DNA of 58,689 bases, the filler included, from Circinaria calcarea (lineage: Eukaryota), in assembly GCA_051942165.1 (NCBI GenBank). It is 2 parts of 2 records of this genome, joined end to end, with 100 filler letters (N's around TTAATTAATTAA, not from the genome) between each part and the next. Parts side by side here need not be neighbours in the genome. Positions count along the whole stretch, not along the records: positions 29,401 to 58,689 come from JAVECS010000047.1; 1 more part is not named here. One strand, written 5' to 3'. Below, piece by piece: positions 51,965-58,689 of the stretch. The notes below the pieces were generated by a model, which saw nothing but the letters and a program-made list of their open reading frames with translations, was not told where the DNA came from and did not search any database. Every line of letters starts with the position of its first letter. Within the stretch, counting starts at the first letter, position 1. A program made the position numbers and the translations under genes.

Positions 51965-53507
51965 TTACTTGTAGAAATCAAATCTGTGTACAATGTCAGT
52001 GATGGTACCTTATATTCTCCCGCACAGTCAACTTACTTGTCTGCTTCTTGGGCGCCTTTAACCTGACTAGAGTACGCATCCTCCAGATCCGACTGTATGA
52101 TGTTGTATCGGTTCTTCCTCACCGCCCTCAAGCCGGCTTCCTGCATAATTGCTGCTATGATCGCCCCGGATAAGGGATCGTTACGAATGATGAGCGAGTC
52201 CAAGTCTACCTCGGGCGACAGGGACATCTTCGATGAGATGGTCGTGAATATCAGGCGTCTCTCCCGCCTGTCCCGCAATGAAGGAAACTCTATCTTTCGG
52301 TCAAGGCGTCCTGGTCGGAGTAAAGCCGGGTCCAGTGTGTCGGCACGATTCGTTGCCATGATAACTTTGACGTTGCTTGTTTGATCAAAACCGTCCATCT
52401 GGTTCAACAACTCGAGCAAGATCCGCTGAACTTCTCTATCGGCACCAGTCTGGGCGTCGAATCGCTTGGTGGCGATAGCGTCAATCTCATCGATGAAGAT
52501 GATGGCGGGAGAGTTTTCCCTTGCCATTCGGAAAACGTCCCGCACCATACGAGGGCCTTCACCCAAGTACTTCTGTACAAATTCGGAGCCCACAACACGT
52601 ATAAAATTAGCGGTAGTGCTGTTTGCCACTGCCTTGACCAGCATAGTTTTACCGGTTCCTGGTGGCCCGTAGAGCAGAACACCCCGAGGAGGATCAATAC
52701 CTGACAGAGCATTAGCAGCGAACTCTCAGGTTTCGGAAAACATGACACGGTACCGATTTGTTTGTAGAGATCAAAGTGCGTAAGCGGCAGCTCAACGGCT
52801 TCCCGGATCTCCTGCTTCTGCATGTCCAGCCCACCAACGTCTGCGTATGTAACATCGGGTTTTTCGTGGGCACCAAGCATAGCTATCGAAGAATCCGCTT
52901 CGGGCGGCAAGATATCAACAAGTGAATTTGAGTGACGATGGAGAGCAACAGAGGATGAGGGTTTGAGTTTTTCGCGGTCGAGGGTAGATAATATCCGTAC
53001 AACATAATTAGAACCAGTTGAGGACTGGACAATGCCGGTACTGCCGAAAAACATCAGTGGGGAAAGGTCATTTGGGTTACCCGTTTTCGCCTACTTCTGA
53101 TCAATGGCCTCCATGAATTGACCGATCACCAGAGGCACGCTCTGTATTCTCTTGATCTCTTCCTGGGCTCGTACCAGCTCCCTCTTGAGACTCCTGAGTG
53201 ATGTTTTAGCAAGTGACGAGTAGAGCATCGGTAGTGCCAAGACGTACCTCTGTTCATCTTTGATGTACTCCTCCTGCAGGTTGATATATCTATCCGGCAT
53301 AAGTGACTTTTGGACGTGCAGGAAGCATAGCGAGAAGGGAGGAACTCACTCCAGATGCCTTTGTAACTTTTTCAGCGTGGAGTACTCGTCACTACCATCA
53401 TTGCCGATGCCTTCCAACGAATCTAGATTGGGTATCGAGTTCAACGGTGGCTGTCTCTTGTGTGGCGCGGTGGTGTTTGCAGGGTTCTCCACAGCAACGT
53501 CTGCCAT
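51965..53507 (-). CDS. RPT3: 26S proteasome AAA-ATPase subunit 6B; 6 exons
   Basis: [87 protein letters not shown] and the C-terminal FDFYK. Confidence 0.98.
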
Positions 53508-53661
53508 GTCTGATTCCAAGGTGATTTGGGCGTCCAATGGTGAGAAAAATGGAGTAAGGTAGCAGATGGAGCGGTGAGCCGTATCGTAGTGCTCTGCAGG
53601 TCACTTTGGTCAGATTGTGGATTTTTACGTATCGAGGGTGTGTACTTCGTAGCTTACATTC

Positions 53662-53718
53662 GGAGCTCGGTACGGAGTACCACCGAATGGAAGCTATGGT
53701 AATTTGTGGAATGTGGCA
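53662..53718. promoter_or_regulatory. Candidate Rpn4-type proteasome elements (GGAGCT at 53662-53667; TGTGGCA at 53712-53718)
   Basis: Located 150-210 nt upstream of the RPT3 ATG. GTGGCA is the PACE core; GGAGCT is, from memory, the variant associated with filamentous-ascomycete proteasome genes. Short motifs, so chance is not excluded. Confidence 0.35.
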
Positions 53719-55642
53719 TCACGTGCCATAACTTTAACCAGCTGGGGCCGTGAGCGGGGTGCTTACCACGTAGGATAGCTCACAAGGACTGAAGGGACTG
53801 AAGGATCTATATTATTTCTCCACTGCATTGTCTCTTTCCATGCCGGAATGCATTTACTCTAACACCGAACTTACTACGCTGAGTTTCTGCTTTTCCCAAG
53901 TTCATTAAATCTCTGGGTGGGGAGAATCGTTATGCCTATTGTCTACTGCTACTTTATCTAGTGGGACGATCTGATGACCACGAACCACGGTCAAAAACCA
54001 ACAAGCAAACATGGATTCCGGCCCGAGTTGTTATCAACAGAATACCTATCTGTATGGATCCTGTTCTGTCGGCTTGAATGGACTACTGCGGGTCTTGTGG
54101 CTTGATGGTATGGTTTCCATCCATCTTCCTCAAGATACTTAATTCCTCCTCGCAGCAGAGGTTTCTCGGTCACGATTGGAGACCAACAGCTGCCGGCTGC
54201 CATCCATGGGTGCAAATGCATGGCCGATAGCCCTTGGATGACATTGCAAGAGGATAGCGAGAACATGCATGGTCCACGGCGAGATCGAGATTAACCTGCA
54301 GAGCTGGCCCGCAAAGAGCCCCGGAGGCCGTTGAGAAATGGCGTGTGTTCGCGACGTCCAGGCCAACCGGAAGGATACCCTGATCAGCAGCATCCACGGT
54401 GTGAAGAGGGAAGAAGCAATCGAGTGTGACAGGTCCGTTCGATGTTGGGCGCTACTAGTGGTTGATTGGTCCGCTGAGCCTACCGAAATCCCAGACACAG
54501 TTGTATTGCCTCGATTGGGCGGCATAATTTCACTGCATTATCCGTCGTCGTTGTCATTTTCTCCTGTTCGCACTCTCGACTCGACCTGGGCTTCGCACCG
54601 TAACCATCTATGCTGCCCCGGAGTGAAGAGGTTGTAGACTTGTAGGGAAGACGCTCAGGCGTGGCCGTGGCCGTGGCAGATCAGTGGACGGACCCCGAGA
54701 GCAGATTAGTTGCGGGAAGTGAAAGCGCGCTACTTTAGCAGAATAGGTCGGCTGAACTTGGAAATCTCAATGAGACGACTTGAGAAACATCGTAACAGAG
54801 CCAGCACACCGCACGCGCACCCCCGCCCATTTCACTCTCCCAAACTCTTAGCCTTACATAAAGGAACGGTGGAGTCGGATTATTTACCACAAAGTAAGCC
54901 AGCTCCTCTGCCTCGATTGGCCGGATCCATGATCGTCGTGATGGCGAGGGAATGTCACCTCCTCCGTTGCGGTCGCCTCTTTCCGTCCGTCCTGCTTACC
55001 CACGGAAGAGAGAGGGGAAAGGGATAAGGGCAAAGGGCAGAGAGACTGTTACGATACACCTGCCCCTTCGTCGCCCCGAGCGCGTCATCTCCCTCTCCCT
55101 CGTGCCACACCATCCCTCATTCCTGTGTCGTGTCGTGTCGTGCCCCTAAGGCTGCCTGGCGCATGCTTCTGGAACAAACATTCCTCCAGGGATCAGCTTC
55201 GGGAGTGCGATGCTAATATCATGGAGTATTGGCAGGTTTCGTGCGTTGCTGCATCCGGGCTCGACTTACCCCCAACGGTGCTCAGCGAACCAGAAGCTTC
55301 CATTTTCAGGTGAGTCGACCTGCGGCTCTGCTCTCCTTCTCGCCGCTCTGGTCACCTCGTCATGACCGTCGTCGCCGTTGCCGTTGCCGTTGTCGCCTTT
55401 CCGCCGTCCTCGGCCAGTCGCGCCTAGTGTACGCTAGGCGTCTCTGTCGCCATGGCTGGAGGAATCCTATGCGCCTCGTCCCTTCTGGCGCGTCATGTCG
55501 AAATGTGCCTTTGATACTCTCCTCCCCATCCCCGCCCCCGTTGACCGGGCGGGCTTCCCTAAGCTGCTGATGCATCGATGCTTGAGATGATGCTGACCGC
55601 CAAACCGACCGAGCAGATGGGTTACCGTAACGTCAGGTCGAG

Positions 55643-58600
55643 ATGAGTATGCCCGGCTGGCTCAACGACGTCCCCGCCGTGTCGAACAATGACCATGGAA
55701 CCTTCAACCCATCCGTCGACCCTACCATGTCCTTCATGCACACGCCGACCTCGGCCACCTTCGACTACAATCAGATGCAGAATGCCCAGTTACAGCAGCG
55801 CATGCAGAACGGGAATGTGCGCAACGGCTCGCCGGCATATCTCAACCCTTCTTACCAAACGCAACCAATTGTTCCCTCCAAGAGACCTCGACCTCGAGAT
55901 GATATGTTCAGCGCGTCGCCTCGACAAGCACCCGGAGCGCTTCCTTCCTCGAGGTCCCAGACGCCGCAACAGGGCCCGTATCCAGGTGTCCACCCCAGCA
56001 TCAACGGCGGGCAGTCCATACAGGCTCCACCCGCATATCAGCACCTCCAACATGGGGTATTGGGTAACACGAGTCCATCGCCCATCATGCAAGATCAGCA
56101 CTACAACTCCCAGGCCATCCCCCAACGTATGCAGACGGCGTCGCCGTCACCTTTCTCACCCGTCGGACAAAACTATGGGTCACAGGCTTCTCCGCACTCG
56201 GACTATGGAAGTCGCGTCGATACACCTCAAAACGGAAGCCATTCATATGTACAGGGAATGCCCTATGGCAGTGGCTCGCATCAGTATTTCCCATCCTCTT
56301 CCGGGCCAACGAACGCTGCCTCGCAAGGTGTCGGACAATCCCCGTACGGTGGCACCGCCGCAAATCTACAACAACCAGCAAGGATATACGAGATGAGGCA
56401 ACAACAGCAGCTAGCTCGCCAGTATCAAGCTACTAACAGCAATCCTCCAAATCGACAGCAGGGTAGCTCACTCAACCCACTTGCCCACCCTTCAAACCCC
56501 ATGGCAACTTACCAGCAGGCTGCACGTGCGCAGCAAATGCAGCAATCCATACCCAGGCAGGCCAACCATGATCAGTTCTTTAGAGCTCTCGCCCAGTTTA
56601 TGCAACAGCAAGGCTTGCCTTTAAACGTATACCCCATCATACAAGGACGGTCAGTTCCCTTAACTCAACTGTACGTTGTGGTCATGAGGTATGGGGGCTC
56701 TAAGAAAGTGACAATGTCCAATCAATGGCCGACAATAGCAGCATCACTGCACTTCCCGCCAGTGCAGTATCCTAATGCTGCTCAGGAGATACAGAGCTAT
56801 TGGCACTCGAACATTGCGCCCTTTGAGCAAGTTTGGTGGCAGAACATGCACCAACAGAGGCAGCGAGCGTTAAATAGTCAAATCCCGAATTCACAGCAAG
56901 GCCAGGGAGGGGAAGCTGCCAACATACATGATCAGTTTTCGCCTATAAAAACGCTGGGTTCTAACTACCAAGAACAATCAGCTATGTTACATGCACGCCG
57001 ACAAACCAACGCGGATTTCCAGACCCCGACTAAGCAGTTGATGCCTCAGCAAAACGACATGCGGCAGCCTCAAACCAATGGTTTCTCTACTCCACAGCAA
57101 GCTCATGTACAGAATCAACAACATTCTATATACGGTCCTTCTCAGTCAATGCTTTCGCTCCCACCGCAGATCACGTCTCCACATGCACAACAGCCGACCT
57201 ATCCCACTCCTGGTTCCGTGTCGTCTAAGAAAGAGTCTTATTCGGGATTATCTCATCAGCCAGCTTCACGCCCAGACCCAGCAGCTAGCATGCCACGGAA
57301 AGCCCCTATGGGTCCGCACTTCTTCCCGAAATTTCACCCACTTGAAAAGGTTAAAGACGGCGTCGAAAGCCATGGTGGAATTCAAGTTTCAAGTTTTAAA
57401 GATGTAGTTGATTCATTAATAGTCCAGAAGCCGAACGTGCCCACTGCCATGGAGCTTGGCGTAGTGGACATCCGAGCGTTGACCATGAGCTTACGATCTG
57501 GGATACATGCAGAAGTTAGATTGGCGCTTGACACACTGGCCACACTCTCCAACTATGATCGGCAAGACAACCGCGCACCTGTCCTCGAGAACTGCGAAGA
57601 TCTGGTAGAGACGCTAATCGACTGCGCTGAAGAGCAAGTGGAGGTTTTGGCAGAGAACGCAGCCGAGGTTTCGGACGTGATGCTCATTAGTCCCTACGAA
57701 GAAATTGTACGCGGCTGCCGTTCCGAAGTCGAGACTTTACAGGAGGTGCCTGAATTTGGAACTCTGGACTACGACCTCGATCGTTCGGTTGAAAGATTGA
57801 TATGCATCACCACAATACTACGAAACTTTTCCTTTTTCGAGTCAAACCACGTTCAACTTGCCGATCCGATTGTTGTCCGGTTCATGACAACTGTCATGAG
57901 GTACCTTGGCACTCGAAACATGTTACTCCGCACCCATCGTAATACGCTTGATTTCACCAAAGATATAATAACATATTTGAGTAATCTATCCCACACAATC
58001 GACCTTCCTGGTCGGGAAGAGGCTGCTTGTATACTACATTTTCTCCTTTCTTTTGCACCGTCGCCTCCGCCGACTACTCATGGTATCGAGGAGGTCATGT
58101 TTACTCTGTACAGCCCTTCGGTTCATCGGTACCTTCCGCCTGCCGTCGACAGCCTCGCAAAGCTCCTTGCCCGAGACGATCCCAATCGAACGTTCTACAA
58201 ATCCATTTTCGCCGCCGACAGTACTTCAACTCCCCCCTATGACCTGCTTACTCGCACGTTTGCTCTCGCGATCGCTCCAATACCTGAACCTGCAAAGATG
58301 AACTTGCCGATCGTTGAAGCACGAAAGCCTTACTTGGCTCAAGGCTTGCTAGCTGCAGAGATCATTGTTACACTTATACCTAGCTCCGAACATATGTTAG
58401 CATGGTCTTGGCTCAACTCGCAGGATGGCTTCGCCACTAGATTATTACAACTTGTCTCTTTGCTTAGCCTCGCACGCGCGCCAACGCCTCCAAGGCATCA
58501 ACCGGGTAGCCGGGTACCAATGGCAGATCCTGATCAGTTGTCATATGGCATGATCACAAACCGCGGTGTAGCCGTTCTGCGCAGACTGGCGGAAAAAGCC

Positions 58601-58689
58601 AAGGATGCAGAGATGGGAACCAACGGGCTCCCTCATGGTCTGGGAACCAGGAAAGATCGATTGTTCGAGAGCTTAATGGCCCCGAACAT
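55643..58689 (+). CDS. SWI1: ARID-domain SWI/SNF subunit Swi1/Sol1, 3'-partial (runs off the window, so absent from the ORF track)
   Basis: MSMPGWLND start and a Q/P/S/N-rich N-terminus. ARID (FFRALAQFMQQQGLPL...LTQLYVVVMRYGGSKKV...QWPTIAASL). BAF250-like block ELGVVDIRALTMSLRSGIHAEVRLALDTLATLS. Confidence 0.92.
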   Translation, partial: MSMPGWLNDVPAVSNNDHGTFNPSVDPTMSFMHTPTSATFDYNQMQNAQLQQRMQNGNVRNGSPAYLNPSYQTQPIVPSKRPRPRDDMFSASPRQAPGALPSSRSQTPQQGPYPGVHPSINGGQSIQAPPAYQHLQHGVLGNTSPSPIMQDQHYNSQAIPQRMQTASPSPFSPVGQNYGSQASPHSDYGSRVDTPQNGSHSYVQGMPYGSGSHQYFPSSSGPTNAASQGVGQSPYGGTAANLQQPARIYEMRQQQQLARQYQATNSNPPNRQQGSSLNPLAHPSNPMATYQQAARAQQMQQSIPRQANHDQFFRALAQFMQQQGLPLNVYPIIQGRSVPLTQLYVVVMRYGGSKKVTMSNQWPTIAASLHFPPVQYPNAAQEIQSYWHSNIAPFEQVWWQNMHQQRQRALNSQIPNSQQGQGGEAANIHDQFSPIKTLGSNYQEQSAMLHARRQTNADFQTPTKQLMPQQNDMRQPQTNGFSTPQQAHVQNQQHSIYGPSQSMLSLPPQITSPHAQQPTYPTPGSVSSKKESYSGLSHQPASRPDPAASMPRKAPMGPHFFPKFHPLEKVKDGVESHGGIQVSSFKDVVDSLIVQKPNVPTAMELGVVDIRALTMSLRSGIHAEVRLALDTLATLSNYDRQDNRAPVLENCEDLVETLIDCAEEQVEVLAENAAEVSDVMLISPYEEIVRGCRSEVETLQEVPEFGTLDYDLDRSVERLICITTILRNFSFFESNHVQLADPIVVRFMTTVMRYLGTRNMLLRTHRNTLDFTKDIITYLSNLSHTIDLPGREEAACILHFLLSFAPSPPPTTHGIEEVMFTLYSPSVHRYLPPAVDSLAKLLARDDPNRTFYKSIFAADSTSTPPYDLLTRTFALAIAPIPEPAKMNLPIVEARKPYLAQGLLAAEIIVTLIPSSEHMLAWSWLNSQDGFATRLLQLVSLLSLARAPTPPRHQPGSRVPMADPDQLSYGMITNRGVAVLRRLAEKAKDAEMGTNGLPHGLGTRKDRLFESLMAPN

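Noticed and set aside
54507..54920. Repeated 12-mer TGCCTCGATTGG (CCAAT on minus) and short ORFs between RPT3 and SWI1
   Set aside because: A 12-mer pair at this distance is within chance, and the ORFs have no recognisable motif.

Overview
This is filamentous ascomycete (Pezizomycotina) nuclear DNA. The basis is short GT-AG introns with CTRAC/CTAAY branch sites and fungal-type orthologues; the class cannot be fixed from sequence alone. The window has two gene-dense blocks joined at an artificial 100-nt gap containing a six-frame-stop linker (29301-29400). Left block: 3-hydroxybutyryl-CoA dehydrogenase, TOF1/Timeless, an unnamed multi-exon gene with an apparent frameshift or stop-start overlap, TFB2, a 10-exon hotdog thioesterase, Aquarius/Cwf11, THOC1/Hpr1, a homeobox factor, then an AT-richer zone of decaying orphan sequence (about 23.7-29.3 kb). 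Right block: a Grainyhead/CP2 factor truncated by the gap, a zinc metallopeptidase with a jacalin-like tail, a Whi5/Nrm1-motif protein, a microsatellite cluster, AUR1, ATG26, PEP4, RPT3 and the start of the ARID SWI/SNF subunit SWI1/Sol1. I found no tRNA, rRNA, CRISPR, transposase or biosynthetic cluster, and no clear-cut new multi-gene system. The best leads are post-transcriptional: competing donors giving a uORF versus alternative N-terminus switch plus a possible poison exon in the CP2 gene, a split Cys/His domain with a TGATG overlap at 5730, a long snoRNA-like intron in the thioesterase, and frameshifted orphan relics. Exon boundaries were read by eye and family assignments come from motif recognition, not database searches.
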